Notes: a model not told the origin generated them from the sequence alone. Numbered from the stretch's first letter, positions 11,003 to 21,614 are shown. The stretch: DNA of 64,000 nt from an uncultured Acidobacteriota bacterium (GCA_963804995.1 CAWDSK010000004.1:128001-192000), one strand, 5' to 3'. Made by a program: numbers and translations.

Positions 11003-11699
11003 ATGCGTATCTGTGTCCATTCATACCGGGTTGTCCTGCTGAGCGGGCTCTTTCCTGTACACCTTCCTTCCAGCTCCCGCCATAGCCGACCAAATCGTCG
11101 CCATCGTGGACGAGCACGGTCACAAGGTTTACATCAACACCGGTGAAACAGCCACTCCAGCGGATTGGGCGACGCGCAGCTTTCAACCCAATTCAGCCGC
11201 TGGATCGAATCATCCTCCGGAGGAGATCGATCGGCTGGTGGACCAGACGGCAAACCGGCACCAAGTGGATCCTGACCTGGTCCGGGCCATCGTGCGAGTC
11301 GAATCGGGCTTCGATCCCAAAGCGGTATCGAACAAGGGCGCCATGGGCCTCATGCAATTGATTCCGGCTACGGCGCGCCGCTTCGGAGTGGAGAACCCGT
11401 TCGATCCCAAGCAGAATCTTGAGGGCGGGGTCAATTACCTCAAGTACCTGTTGGACCTTTTCGGCGGCAATCTACCGCTCTCGCTCGCGGCTTACAACGC
11501 TGGTGAACACTCGGTCCAACGTTTTGGTGGCATCCCGGCATTCACGGAAACGCGCGACTACGTGCGCAAGGTCACGAACCTCTACCAGTCCGGGGATACG
11601 CCGGTGGCGGCCAAGACCACTCCCAAGGAGCCGCCCCAAGCGCCTATTACCCGATACGTCGATGAGCACGGTGTGGTGCACTACACCAACGTCGAATAG
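11003..11699 (+). CDS. Lytic transglycosylase (SLT domain); one extra T near 11051 separates the signal peptide from the rest
   Basis: VES.F...AVS.KGAMGLMQL, AAYNAG and ETRDYV motifs; removing one T gives MRICVHSYRVVLLSGLFLYTFLPAPAIADQ. Confidence 0.85.
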
Positions 11700-11741
11700 T
11701 AAAGAGTCTACTTCGCAGTCCCCAGGACCAAGAGGACTAGT

Positions 11742-13774
11742 TTGAGGGTTATAGGTATACCGAACAAGTTAGGGTGGGTGCTGCTCCTGGCCAGTTGGCT
11801 GGCTATCCCTGCCCTATGCTTTCCCACCGTGACGCCGGCCCAGCGCCAGCGCGCGATCGAGGCTTTCACCGAAGCCCAGCGTCTGCGCACAACCCTCGAA
11901 TCCCAACCGGAGAGTAAACGTACCAAAACCGACTACCAAAAAGTCATCGACACTTACTACGAGGTTTACCGGCTGAATCCCGCTTACAGCAAGTCGCCCG
12001 TAGCGCTCACGGCCAGGGCGGAACTCTACGAGGAAATGGGGCGAGTCTTCTCCTCGGACACGTATTACTTGGAATCGATCAAGATCTACCGTTTCATCAT
12101 CAAGGAGTACCCGCAGAACCGCCTGGCGAGAGAGGCCCTTTTGGCGGTGGGGGAAATCTATCGCACCGATCTCGAGGATCCCGCCGAAGCGCGTCAGGCT
12201 TTCCAGGATTTCATCGGCATCTATCCCAAGTCTGACAAGCTGGCGGACGCACAGGAAAAACTGAAGCAGATCGATCAGAAGACGGCTGAGCAAGCCAAGG
12301 CCCGCGCAACGCCTCCTCCCCCCCGGAAAAGCCTTCGACCCAGCGGACAACCGGCCCGCAGGAAGTCACGGCGGTGCGCCGCTGGGTAGGCCCGAACTAC
12401 TCGCGCATCGTGATCGGGATTGAGGGTGAAGTCAAATTCGATACCACCCGCCTCTCAAATCCCGATCGTATCGTGCTGGATTTGCAAAACTCGCGGCTCA
12501 GCCCGGCCCTGGGCGCCAAGACATTCCCGGTGGAAGACGGTTACCTGCGGCAGATTCGTGTGGCGCAGTTTTCCGCGGGAGTAACGCGCGTGGTGTTGGA
12601 CGTGGAAAAGATTGAGGACTACTCGGTTTTCTCGCTCCCCAACCCCTTTCGCCTGGTTATCGACGTGCACGGCGCGCCGCAAACTCAGATGGCCAAGGCT
12701 GTGAAACCTCCAACGTCCCCCAGTCCCGAGGGTCGAAAGACCGAGAAGGTTCAAACTCCTCCCACCCCCGCCAACCCAGCGGCCACTAATCACGTTGAGA
12801 CCGCTGTGAAGTTTGGACCCACTTCGCCACCCACAGTCGCCAAGACGAAAGGCGAGGAGCACACCAAGGCGGAGGAAAAGGAGAAAACCACCGCCACATT
12901 GAATCCGCCGGCAGCACCGGAAAAACCCAAGCACACCAAAGAAGAGGCCGAGGTGGCAAATCCCCCTGCCGCGCCGGTCATCAGACCCGCCGCGCCCACG
13001 CAATCCGGCTCTCGCACCTTGACGCGCGCCCTGGGACTGAAGATCGGCCGCATCGTGATTGATCCCGGACACGGCGGCCACGATACGGGAACCATTGGGC
13101 CCACGGGGTTGGAAGAAAAGAATGTGGTGTTGGATGTGTCTCTACGCTTGAAGAAGCTGCTGGAAAAGGATACCGGTTGCGATGTCATCATGACCCGCAG
13201 CGATGACACTTTTATTCCCTTGGAGGAACGCACCGCCATTGCCAATGAGAAGGGCGCCGATTTGTTCATTTCTGTTCATGCCAACGCCAGTTCCGACAAA
13301 AGCGCCCGGGGCATCGAAACCTATTACCTGAATTTCACTTCAAACTCCGATGCGCTGGAAGTGGCAGCGCGTGAAAACGCCGCCTCGCAGGAATCCATGC
13401 ACCAACTCCAGGACATCATCAAGAAGATCGCGATGACGGAAAAAATCGAGGAGTCACAGGATTTTGCCAAGCAGGTGCAGCGGGAAGTCTATGCGCGGGT
13501 GACCAAAACCAGCGGCGCGCAACGCGATCGCGGCGTGAAGAAAGCTCCCTTTGTCGTCCTGATCGGGGCCAACATGCCTTCTGTGCTGGCGGAAATCTCC
13601 TTCCTCACCAACCCCAGCGACGAGCGCTTATTGAAACGCCCGGATTACCGCGAGAAGATCGCCACCGCGCTCTACGATGGAATCGTGGAGTACCTGAAGA
13701 GCCTGGGTGAAGTGAAGACGGTCCAACGGGCCGCCTCAGAACGAACTTCCGCCACCGCCCGCCCGGATTTCTGA
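11742..13774 (+). CDS. amiC: N-acetylmuramoyl-L-alanine amidase (TPR + AMIN + Amidase_3), frameshifted in the C-run at about 12317-12323
   Basis: IVIDPGHGGHD, FISVHAN, SVLAEISF; AMIN-like NPDRIVLDL and NPFRLVIDV; the two ORFs join with one added base. Confidence 0.85.
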
Positions 13775-13787
13775 TATCCTTAAAGCG

Positions 13788-14879
13788 ATGTTCAGCAGGC
13801 TTTCGAAGCAGGCTTGGCTACTAACGGCGTTGACGGCGATACCCTGCCTCTGCCCCGCCCAGCAGAAACCTCCCGTCATTCCCCTGGTGCCTGTCGCCAA
13901 CTGGCGCCAAGTGGATTCCCAACCGCTGCCGCTTCCTGAAGTCAACAAGTTTGGGGGAGACGTCGCCATCGAGCGCGAATATGGCGTGAAGACGCTCGAG
14001 TTGCGGACCTACCAACTCGATAAGGTCCATACGCAGGTGCTCGTGGAGGCCGCGCAGGACGCGACTTCTGCCTATGGCCTGCTGATGTTCTATCGCCCGG
14101 CCTCTATGCAGCCAGAGAAAGGCATGGACCTCGCTTTTGCTGATGCCGGTGGCGCGCTGATGGCACGGGGGAACAAATTCATCCGCTTCGTGCGAGGCAA
14201 TGACCCGCAGTTGTCGGAAAACGACTTTCAGGCGCTGCTCGTTTTTGTGGGAGGCACCAAGTTGTCGCCCCACGTGATCGAGAATCTCCCCGCACCTCTG
14301 CCGGCGAAGAACCTCGTGGCGGGCAGCGAGAAGTATCTCCTCGGCCTCGAAGCTGCCAAGCGAGTGTTGCCTTCCTTCCGAACCAACCTGATCGGATTTG
14401 AACAAAATGCGGAAGTCCACGTGGGCGAGTACCAGACGGCGCACGGGGTCTCCACCTTACTGTCCATCAGCTATCCCACGCCGCAGATTGCTCGCGTGCG
14501 CTTCGGGTCCATGAAAAGTTTCCTGGGAATCAACGAAGATCGCGGAGCCGATTCGGTTTATGGGCGACGCCAAAAGTCCTATGTATTTTTGGTTTTGAAC
14601 TCAGGGAATTCGGGAACAGCCAATCTGTTCCTCGACCAATTCAAAGTGGCAGAAGGCGTCAGTTGGAACGAACGCTATATCACGGAGAGGTCCTTCACTC
14701 TGCAATTGGTTCAAATGATTCTGGCAATTCTTGTCCTTACCGCGTTCCTTATCGCTGCGTGCCTAGTGGCGGGAATCATTTTCTTTGCCTCACGCCTATT
14801 CATGCGGAAGTTCTTCCCGGATTCGCAATGGGGGCGTACCGATGATGACCAGCTCATTCGCCTGGATTTAAAATACTAG
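13788..14879 (+). CDS. Exported protein with C-terminal membrane anchor (DUF6599-like hypothetical)
   Basis: Signal peptide, C-terminal TM, follows the amidase in the same orientation. Confidence 0.6.
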   Translation: MFSRLSKQAWLLTALTAIPCLCPAQQKPPVIPLVPVANWRQVDSQPLPLPEVNKFGGDVAIEREYGVKTLELRTYQLDKVHTQVLVEAAQDATSAYGLLMFYRPASMQPEKGMDLAFADAGGALMARGNKFIRFVRGNDPQLSENDFQALLVFVGGTKLSPHVIENLPAPLPAKNLVAGSEKYLLGLEAAKRVLPSFRTNLIGFEQNAEVHVGEYQTAHGVSTLLSISYPTPQIARVRFGSMKSFLGINEDRGADSVYGRRQKSYVFLVLNSGNSGTANLFLDQFKVAEGVSWNERYITERSFTLQLVQMILAILVLTAFLIAACLVAGIIFFASRLFMRKFFPDSQWGRTDDDQLIRLDLKY

Positions 14880-15033
14880 CAAGTCATAGTAACTAAATGA
14901 CTTATGTTGTCGGAAGGTGTCTAATAGGCCATTTATAAGGCTTTTATAAGGAATTGACTTACGACAGTATTATTAGGCTGCAACTAGCAGATAATAAATG
15001 GCTTAGTGTGCATAAAAATTCCTGAAAAATCCC

Positions 15034-15062
15034 TTGACAGGGCCAGAGGGTTTTTCTAGACT
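15034..15062 (+). promoter_or_regulatory. Sigma70-type promoter for tRNA-Thr
   Basis: TTGACA-17 bp-TAGACT. Confidence 0.7.
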
Positions 15063-15177
15063 CGTCAGGAGTTTAGATGGCGGGGCGCGTCCGCTATTCT
15101 ATTCTCCTCCGAAAATGCTCACTCGCTGGATTGGCGGAAACGCTGGCCGTGCCGGGTGAGCATTTTTGTATCGTACG

Positions 15178-15253
15178 GCCGACGTAGCTCAGTTGGTAGA
15201 GCATCGGTTTCGTAAACCGAGGGTCACCAGTTCAAATCTGGTCGTCGGCTCCA
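15178..15253 (+). tRNA. tRNA-Thr(CGT)
   Basis: 76-nt cloverleaf: acceptor GCCGACG/CGTCGGC, anticodon arm TCGGT-TTCGTAA-ACCGA, T-loop GTTCAAATC, encoded CCA. Confidence 0.97.
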
Positions 15254-15258
15254 ATCCC

Positions 15259-16419
15259 TCAGTGATTTAGCCGCGAACATCGACCTTGACGAGTACCAAT
15301 TCGTACCACTACCGGCTTTACATTCAAAAGCACCTTCGCCACCTGATGAACGGCTTCGCGCTTCGCGGGGCTTTCCGCCTGCGTGTAAAGGTTCATCGTG
15401 GTGGAAATATCCGCGTGCCTTAAGAGTTCCTTCTGGACGGCCATGCTCGTACCGGCCCCGTGCAGGATCGACGAGAAGGTGTGGCGGAAGGTATGCCAGC
15501 CAATCTTCCCGATTCCGGCGAGTTCCGCCGCAGGCTTGATATGGTCGGTGAGCATAACCCCCTGCCAACGTGGTTTACCGCTGTCACCGGCAAAGATGTA
15601 GTCTGAGTGGGTCCCATACGCGGCCTTCTGCCTGAACAGCAAAAGGGCTTCGCCTAGTTCCGGGTCAATGGGCAGGGGCTTCGCCGATGCCTCGGTCTTG
15701 GTGTCGTACACCTTCCCGGCCACCACACTACGCTGAACCGACACGGCGAGGTTATCCCAATCAATGTCGCCCCACCGGAGGCCCAGAATTTCACTGATTC
15801 GGAGTCCCAGACATCCGGCCACAAGCACCATTGTCCGGTAAGGCTCCGCCAGTTCATGCAATAGCTTTTTGAATTCCTCCGCCGTTAGGACTCGGGGAAT
15901 TTTGGTGCGCTTGCTCGATTGTCGAACCAAATCAACTGGGTTTCTGTCGATCATCTCCCACCGGATGGCGCAGTTCAAAAGCCTGTGCATCATGTTCCGA
16001 ATGTGCGCCCTGGTGCTTTGCGTCCGGGGAATGGATTTAAGCCAGCCCTCGACGGCCACCGTCTTGACTGATTCAAGCGTCCGGGTTCCCCAAGCCGGAT
16101 GAATCCAGTTCTTGAAAATACCTCGGTAAGATCCTGCGGTATCTTCTCGCACACTGGTCGGCATCTCTTCAGTCGTGTAGCGGTCGATCAAGGCCCCTAC
16201 CGTAACAGCGTGAAATTGCGCTTCTGGCGCCAGAGAGTTGATCCGGGAGCGAAGGTGTTCTACGGCCCTCTGTGCGTCTGCCTCAGTAGCGAGTCTTTCA
16301 ACCGTTCCAATCAACACCGACTTACGCCTTCCGTTTTCCATGAAGCGGAACTGCCACACATCCGGCCCCTTGTTCCGCTTCCGTACTCTCAAATCTCCAA
16401 ATTGATATCGTGCCCGCAT
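15259..16419 (-). CDS. int: Tyrosine integrase of the island
   Basis: GLRISE, WHTFRH, LLRH..ISTTMNLY; RBS GGAGG before ATG 16419; stop codon abuts the att site. Confidence 0.95.
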   Translation of the reverse strand: MRARYQFGDLRVRKRNKGPDVWQFRFMENGRRKSVLIGTVERLATEADAQRAVEHLRSRINSLAPEAQFHAVTVGALIDRYTTEEMPTSVREDTAGSYRGIFKNWIHPAWGTRTLESVKTVAVEGWLKSIPRTQSTRAHIRNMMHRLLNCAIRWEMIDRNPVDLVRQSSKRTKIPRVLTAEEFKKLLHELAEPYRTMVLVAGCLGLRISEILGLRWGDIDWDNLAVSVQRSVVAGKVYDTKTEASAKPLPIDPELGEALLLFRQKAAYGTHSDYIFAGDSGKPRWQGVMLTDHIKPAAELAGIGKIGWHTFRHTFSSILHGAGTSMAVQKELLRHADISTTMNLYTQAESPAKREAVHQVAKVLLNVKPVVVRIGTRQGRCSRLNH

Positions 16420-16430
16420 GGTTCCTCCAG

Positions 16431-16643
16431 TCAGAATGAAGTTTCCGTGCGGCACGCCTGGCGGTTGGATTGTAGGCGCGAGTTAATCCAGCCGTCAAGC
16501 GCCGATGCACGATACCGCCAGAACTTCCCCACCTTAAAACCCGGCAACTCTCCGTGTTTCGTCATACGCTCGACCGTTTTCGGGTGTAGGCCCAAAATTT
16601 CCCCCACCCGGTCGCTTCCCAATAATGGCTCAATATCGACCAT
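16431..16643 (-). CDS. Excisionase-like HTH protein
   Basis: 70 aa; VGEILGLHPKTVERM...GELPGFKVGKFWRY; directly upstream of int. Confidence 0.85.
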   Translation of the reverse strand: MVDIEPLLGSDRVGEILGLHPKTVERMTKHGELPGFKVGKFWRYRASALDGWINSRLQSNRQACRTETSF

Positions 16644-16858
16644 CAGTAATCCTCCACGAGACTTGGATTGTTGTGATGGAGGCTTGGGCGGCAGGTACGT
16701 CGTTCTGGCAGTGAGACTTCTTTCGGTTAGGGATTTCCGAATTTTGGAAACGGATCGTACCGTGAACGGGTAGTAGGGGGTGGAACGGAAAAGACGGCGT
16801 AGTGGCTTCGCTCCCGTGGTAGAATCCCTCCAATTCGTCAATACCCGGAGGCGCTACC

Positions 16859-17065
16859 ATGCCCGATACAGAAAAAGGCTGTCCTAAGTGCCGTGCCAAA
16901 ATGCGAATGCTTGAGTCAGCCGCTTTTGCGTTGCCACCCATAGCCTTCAAACCTACGGGTGAGGCTACTCTGGCTACCGGAAGCGGTTTCCCTGTGGCCG
17001 TGTGGCATTGTGATAAATGTGGGTACGTCGAATTGTATTCTGCCGACGTTTTGTGGAAGCGCTGA
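16859..17065 (+). CDS. Small zinc-ribbon protein
   Basis: CPKC...CDKCGYVELY; RBS GGAGG. Confidence 0.6.
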   Translation: MPDTEKGCPKCRAKMRMLESAAFALPPIAFKPTGEATLATGSGFPVAVWHCDKCGYVELYSADVLWKR

Positions 17066-17238
17066 AGAAATCAAGCATCGCCTGTATCTTGAGTTTTTGC
17101 GCTTCAGAGAACGTGCTAGGTCTCACTATGTTCATAATCTCCACTCCTTGAGTAAGGTAGATACCCCCACTAGCTGACTGTGCCCGCCGGAAGTTTGCCA
17201 TCGGCAACTAACTTTTCTAAGATAATCCTGTCCAGCGC

Positions 17239-17994
17239 CTACGCCGCTACTCCAGCACCCAACCGCACCATGTCTATGTTTTGCCTTAGCTGAGAGCCGA
17301 GAAAACTAAGATCAAGCTGATGCATATGCTGGACCGGGAAACCGCCGTGCGTCCAAACCCGACAACCTAACGCTCGTACCTTGTTGCAAAAATCGTAGTC
17401 TTCGCCAATTTCAATGCGGAGGCCGTCACCGCTGAGGCGCATCTCAAAATGAGGCATGGGCATTTTTACAAATACCTCCCGGCGAATAAAAATCGCCCCC
17501 GTTCCACCACGGGAAATCTCCACAAATCTAGGTCCGGGTTGAATCCGCAAGTTGTCCGGCCCGGCAATTGTCAAAATGGCCGGGATGCCATCTAGACACC
17601 CCCAATACGGAAGGCAGATCACGTCGTGCTCCGGGCCAGCGGAATCCAAAACATCCAGCATGTTTAGCGGGGGCACGATATCGTTATCCAACATGCAAAG
17701 CCATTCAACGCCGAATTCCAAGGCGCGCTGTGCTTCGATATTACGCGCTCTCTGGACCGGAGCACAGTCAGAATTAAGGACAGTCACCAAGTTGTATTTC
17801 GTTTCTCGTTGCACTTTCACGAGGAACATAGCTAGCTCTGGCGACAGCCAGCCGCCCCTCTCAACGCTCCGGCACAGGACAGAAAGCAATAATTTTGGTC
17901 CCACGGAACCTCCCTGAGTTTTGAGTTTACAACACTTTTTGAACTTTCGCCCGCTGCCACACGGACACGGTGCATTGCGCGGGACAAGGCTCAT
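17239..17994 (-). CDS. SEC-C metal-binding motif fused to a GT-A (family 2-like) glycosyltransferase domain
   Basis: RNAPCPCGSGRKFKKCC; MLDNDIVPP (DxD), GTGAIFIRREVF, GEDYDFC. Confidence 0.75.
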   Translation of the reverse strand: MSLVPRNAPCPCGSGRKFKKCCKLKTQGGSVGPKLLLSVLCRSVERGGWLSPELAMFLVKVQRETKYNLVTVLNSDCAPVQRARNIEAQRALEFGVEWLCMLDNDIVPPLNMLDVLDSAGPEHDVICLPYWGCLDGIPAILTIAGPDNLRIQPGPRFVEISRGGTGAIFIRREVFVKMPMPHFEMRLSGDGLRIEIGEDYDFCNKVRALGCRVWTHGGFPVQHMHQLDLSFLGSQLRQNIDMVRLGAGVAA

Positions 17995-18278
17995 GCCCTC
18001 ACCTCCATGCCCGTGACTCGGTGCGGCGCCCGTGGCTTCCGCCAAGGCAGAAGTCCGAGGAGTGCCAAGGTGCGCCGAAGGGTCTCATCTGCGAACTCCG
18101 CAGCCTGAGCGTCCACGGCTGTCCCGGTTTCCGCTGCTCGCCAGTGCGCGTTCTCGGAAAGAACATGTTGCCGACCGGCAAGGTCTATTATCGGTTCCTT
18201 CCAACGCCCGCCTATCAACTCCCCCACCACGAACCGCGAAAAGTTCGCCGACGGATCTGAACTACGCTTTCTTCTCAT
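17991..18278 (-). CDS. Hypothetical island protein
   Basis: ATGA overlaps with both neighbours. Confidence 0.55.
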   Translation of the reverse strand: MRRKRSSDPSANFSRFVVGELIGGRWKEPIIDLAGRQHVLSENAHWRAAETGTAVDAQAAEFADETLRRTLALLGLLPWRKPRAPHRVTGMEVRA

Positions 18279-18673
18279 TTCGATTTCCCCCATTCTTTGC
18301 TCCGTATCGCGCCAGCACATCCCCGAGGTTGGTCCGTTTCCCCCGTCCCCGCCCCGCTCGCCAGCCGTTCGAGCCTGACCTCGCCCAAGCGAAGGGAATT
18401 TGAAACCGGGATGACCAGTTTCAAGTTTTCCGCATCAACCCCTCCCCTCTCTTGGTCAGCGGTTTCCCTGTCGAAACTCAATAAAGCCCTCAAGAGAAGT
18501 TTCTGACTGTCGAGCAACGCCAAGGTCGGGGCCGGAACATGGCGAAGCCCGCCGAGCCGTCCAAGCCAGTAGGTTGTGTACTCGACAACGCCCCTCTCAA
18601 CTTCCGCATCTCCCGTCCCGGCTGTCCGCAAAATCTTCGCCAGCGCAGAGCCACGCTTCGGCTTCACAGGCAT
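18275..18673 (-). CDS. Hypothetical island protein (helical; possibly terminase-small-subunit-like)
   Basis: In operon with RBS; LGG...NSLR pattern; function speculative. Confidence 0.5.
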   Translation of the reverse strand: MPVKPKRGSALAKILRTAGTGDAEVERGVVEYTTYWLGRLGGLRHVPAPTLALLDSQKLLLRALLSFDRETADQERGGVDAENLKLVIPVSNSLRLGEVRLERLASGAGTGETDQPRGCAGAIRSKEWGKSK

Positions 18674-18740
18674 AAAGCACTCTCCGGTATTTAGGATTAG
18701 GCGCGGTATGCGCCCGAATGAAGGCAATGGAGGAGAACGA

Positions 18741-19652
18741 CTAGTTGGCCTTGTTCAACCGACGAAGCAGCGACCGCTGGCGCGAAAGTTCATCGAGCCT
18801 GCTCGTCATTTTCCGAAACCTGACATCCGACGCAGGCAGGCCAGCGCCAAGGAAGCGGGTAGCATCCTCGGACAATTTAGCGAACTCGCAGTCGATACCA
18901 GCGGCGTCAACCGCGCCAATCTTATACCGTTCGATGAACGCCGCGTCCTCTTTATCAAGGCGCGACTCCCGTTTGCGAATCGTGGTCTCGGGGTCCGCGA
19001 CCTTTACTAGGGCGAGACCTAAGTTTAGTTGCGCGCCCGTGCAATCCTCCATGCGCTTTTCAACCTCGTCGAGCGAAGTCATCCAGCGCCGGACCATGCG
19101 CGCGGTGTGCTTACACAGTTCGCCACCAGTGAGCTTCCGCACAATCTCATCAACTCCCATCGTGCGGATCTCGGCAACAAACTTCTGCGCCTCAAGAGTG
19201 ACTGGATCACCGGGGCGGTTGCGCTTGTTCATGGTGTATATGGGCTTCGCAACGGTCACCTCTGTGAGACAATCCCCAACTTTCTGGATGGCCTGCTGGC
19301 TCAGGTCCCCGCCCGCGAGGCAGGTAACCGCCTGATCCAAACGCTCGCCAAGCCCCTTCATCGCTGGCCAAGGCATAGTGCCGTTGAGTTGAACGTCGCG
19401 AGTGTCGGGCACGTCGCCACCCAGCCGACGGATGGCCAGCAACGCGGCGAGCAAGGGCTTTTCGGCTGGGGATTCGCCCTTTTGCAGAGATTCGACCATC
19501 TCGGAGCCATGCGCGGTGATTTCGTCAACGAGAGTCCTTTCGCGTGAAAGGTTTTTCTGAAGTCTGCTCTGCATCTGCCCAAGCTGCTGCCGGAGTTTAG
19601 CGACAAGCTCAGACAGGCTGGGTTCTTTAGATGTGGTTGGTAGAAGGTACAT
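18741..19652 (-). CDS. Hypothetical coiled-coil protein
   Basis: 303-aa ORF co-oriented with the island operon; GAGG RBS. Confidence 0.55.
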   Translation of the reverse strand: MYLLPTTSKEPSLSELVAKLRQQLGQMQSRLQKNLSRERTLVDEITAHGSEMVESLQKGESPAEKPLLAALLAIRRLGGDVPDTRDVQLNGTMPWPAMKGLGERLDQAVTCLAGGDLSQQAIQKVGDCLTEVTVAKPIYTMNKRNRPGDPVTLEAQKFVAEIRTMGVDEIVRKLTGGELCKHTARMVRRWMTSLDEVEKRMEDCTGAQLNLGLALVKVADPETTIRKRESRLDKEDAAFIERYKIGAVDAAGIDCEFAKLSEDATRFLGAGLPASDVRFRKMTSRLDELSRQRSLLRRLNKAN

Positions 19653-19888
19653 GGTTGACCTCGGGGTCGGTGGACTTCCGCGTCAGATGGACGCATTGTC
19701 GAAGGCGGATAACAACAGGAATAAGGTTTTTGGAAGCGAATAAACCCGTTATCAGCCCTTCCGCTCTCGGAATTCCAGTAAATCCAATAGACACGGCAAA
19801 GGGGTTCTCCGGTCTCAACGCGGTTTGGCGGCTGCTGGGAGCCGTTTCGGGGCACCTTCGGGCCGACTCGGGAAGCTTTTTGGAACTG

Positions 19889-20890
19889 TCACGCACACAA
19901 CTCTCCTGTTCGGAGATCCTTCGCATCCTTCCTGGTCGCGGATAAAACTAGAATCAGACCAGGAGGAGCACCAAAACCTTGCGCTTTGCAGCGGTCAACA
20001 ATTTCTTTTCCCGCCCTGATCTGGAGTTTGAGTAGTTCATCCAGAGTAGTCCACCGCTCATGGCGCAGTTCGCTGTACACGCCCTGGCAGACTTCCCGGA
20101 ACGTCGGCTCGTGCTCATACCCTGTCAGACCGAGACTGGGATCGAAACCCACGGCTTTCCAAATTTCGGAAACTTGATCCTCCTCGGTTGTCTTGGATTC
20201 GACAAACCCTTTAGAGGGGATGGCTTGGGGTGAGGTCAGGTCAGCCTTTCCCGAAGGTCTTTCCCTTACTCTTATCTCTTCCGCGCTGTCCGCCGGTTCT
20301 GCGGACGCGCAGCTAACGGCATTGGAACCATTTTGCAGAGAGGGAGAATCCTCCAAAGCCGTAGGAGTAGCAGTAGCCATAGGACAAGCCAAAGCCTTAG
20401 CCCTAACCTGACCTGACCCCAAGCCCAAGCCCAAGCCTAGGCAACCATTGGGTAGCCAACGGCTAGCCATTGGCTGACCACGCTCCAAAGCCTCCGAGAT
20501 TTCAGGGGTCGGTTCGGGTCCAATCCGTTCGTGACGTTGCTCCTTCTCGCCTCTCCGTGAGAGAGGGGGCAACCTTCCCTCTTTCCCTTTACCCCTGAGC
20601 CCGTACCAAGTTCCCCAGGTTTTGGCGTGCTCGTCAACCCACGGGTAGAGAATTCCCGCTTCTACCAAACTGTTTAGGATTGCGACTACATCCTCCGGGG
20701 CCACATTAGGCCGGACACAGGCATAGCACCGTGCCCAAATCTGGCGCGGCTCGCATTCAAAGACTCCGTTCGCTAGACTGAGTGGCAAAAGCCACGGGAC
20801 CTCTGCACGCACCCATGCGGGTTCCACTTTTGCTATTCTCTGACTCGACCATATTCCTTCACCGTCCACTATCCGTTTTGGCATTTCCAT
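19889..20890 (-). CDS. Phage-type replication initiator-like protein
   Basis: N-terminal MPKRIVDGEGIWSS...GVFECEPRQIW, then 11-bp tandem repeats (20440-20480) and a low-complexity linker, as in phage initiator genes. Confidence 0.55.
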   Translation of the reverse strand: MEMPKRIVDGEGIWSSQRIAKVEPAWVRAEVPWLLPLSLANGVFECEPRQIWARCYACVRPNVAPEDVVAILNSLVEAGILYPWVDEHAKTWGTWYGLRGKGKEGRLPPLSRRGEKEQRHERIGPEPTPEISEALERGQPMASRWLPNGCLGLGLGLGSGQVRAKALACPMATATPTALEDSPSLQNGSNAVSCASAEPADSAEEIRVRERPSGKADLTSPQAIPSKGFVESKTTEEDQVSEIWKAVGFDPSLGLTGYEHEPTFREVCQGVYSELRHERWTTLDELLKLQIRAGKEIVDRCKAQGFGAPPGLILVLSATRKDAKDLRTGELCA

Positions 20891-21204
20891 TATTCCTCAA
20901 CAGCCATCATTCCCGGTTTCACGTCCTCACCGAGTCGGAAGACAATGGGCCGTCGCCCTCGCCGCACCAAACGAATCAACCCCCGGCCTCGCCGCACGGT
21001 TGCACGGAACAACTTTGCGCGGATCTCGCCGCCGTGCTGGTAGTGAACGAGGTCCTTCCTAACCGAAGACGTGGCTTGAAAGCAGAAATCAACCAAATCG
21101 TCATCATTGATTTCCATGTCGGCTTGATGACCAAGGCAAACCAAAAACGCAGCTTCCCAGAGGTCACTGACGCGGATCGTGTTTGCTGTGCTTGCGCCGT
21201 TCAT
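20890..21204 (-). CDS. Small phage protein (DUF5659-like)
   Basis: SDLWEAAFLVCLG motif; overlapping start/stop with both neighbours. Confidence 0.55.
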   Translation of the reverse strand: MNGASTANTIRVSDLWEAAFLVCLGHQADMEINDDDLVDFCFQATSSVRKDLVHYQHGGEIRAKLFRATVRRGRGLIRLVRRGRRPIVFRLGEDVKPGMMAVEE

Positions 21205-21497
21205 GCGCCCGTCGCCTCCGCGAATTTCTGGGCCTGGAGCTGATGAAGCAAAACCTTCAATTGTTCGAGGTCGCCACCGACCGTGGCAGCGGGCGTGAAT
21301 ATCGAGCCCATCCGAGTTGCCAATCCCTCCCCAAGTACACGGACAACCGCTCGCGCCTTGCGCCCGGTCATTCCCCGCCTGCCACGGGCAAGCAGGCTGA
21401 CATAGCTATAATCACAATCCGCCAGGAGCGCCGTATCGAGATGCCTGTATTTCAAAAATCGCTGCGCTTCGCCTATTGGGCTAGATGGCTTAACCAT
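21201..21497 (-). CDS. Putative HTH DNA-binding protein, first gene of the island operon
   Basis: LLADCDYSYVSLLARGRR helix-turn-helix-like segment. Confidence 0.5.
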   Translation of the reverse strand: MVKPSSPIGEAQRFLKYRHLDTALLADCDYSYVSLLARGRRGMTGRKARAVVRVLGEGLATRMGSIFTPAATVGGDLEQLKVLLHQLQAQKFAEATGA

Positions 21498-21584
21498 TTT
21501 AGACTCCGGTTGTTGGGATTAGGTGGGAAGGCGAAGTAATCTGCAGGAAGGGCCAGCTACGCTCACAGTACCAAGTACAAAGCT

Positions 21585-21614
21585 ATTATAAGGCCACACA
21601 CAGCTTGAAGTCAA
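21585..21614 (-). promoter_or_regulatory. Sigma70 promoter for the leftward island operon
   Basis: TTGACT-18 bp-TATAAT on the minus strand. Confidence 0.6.
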
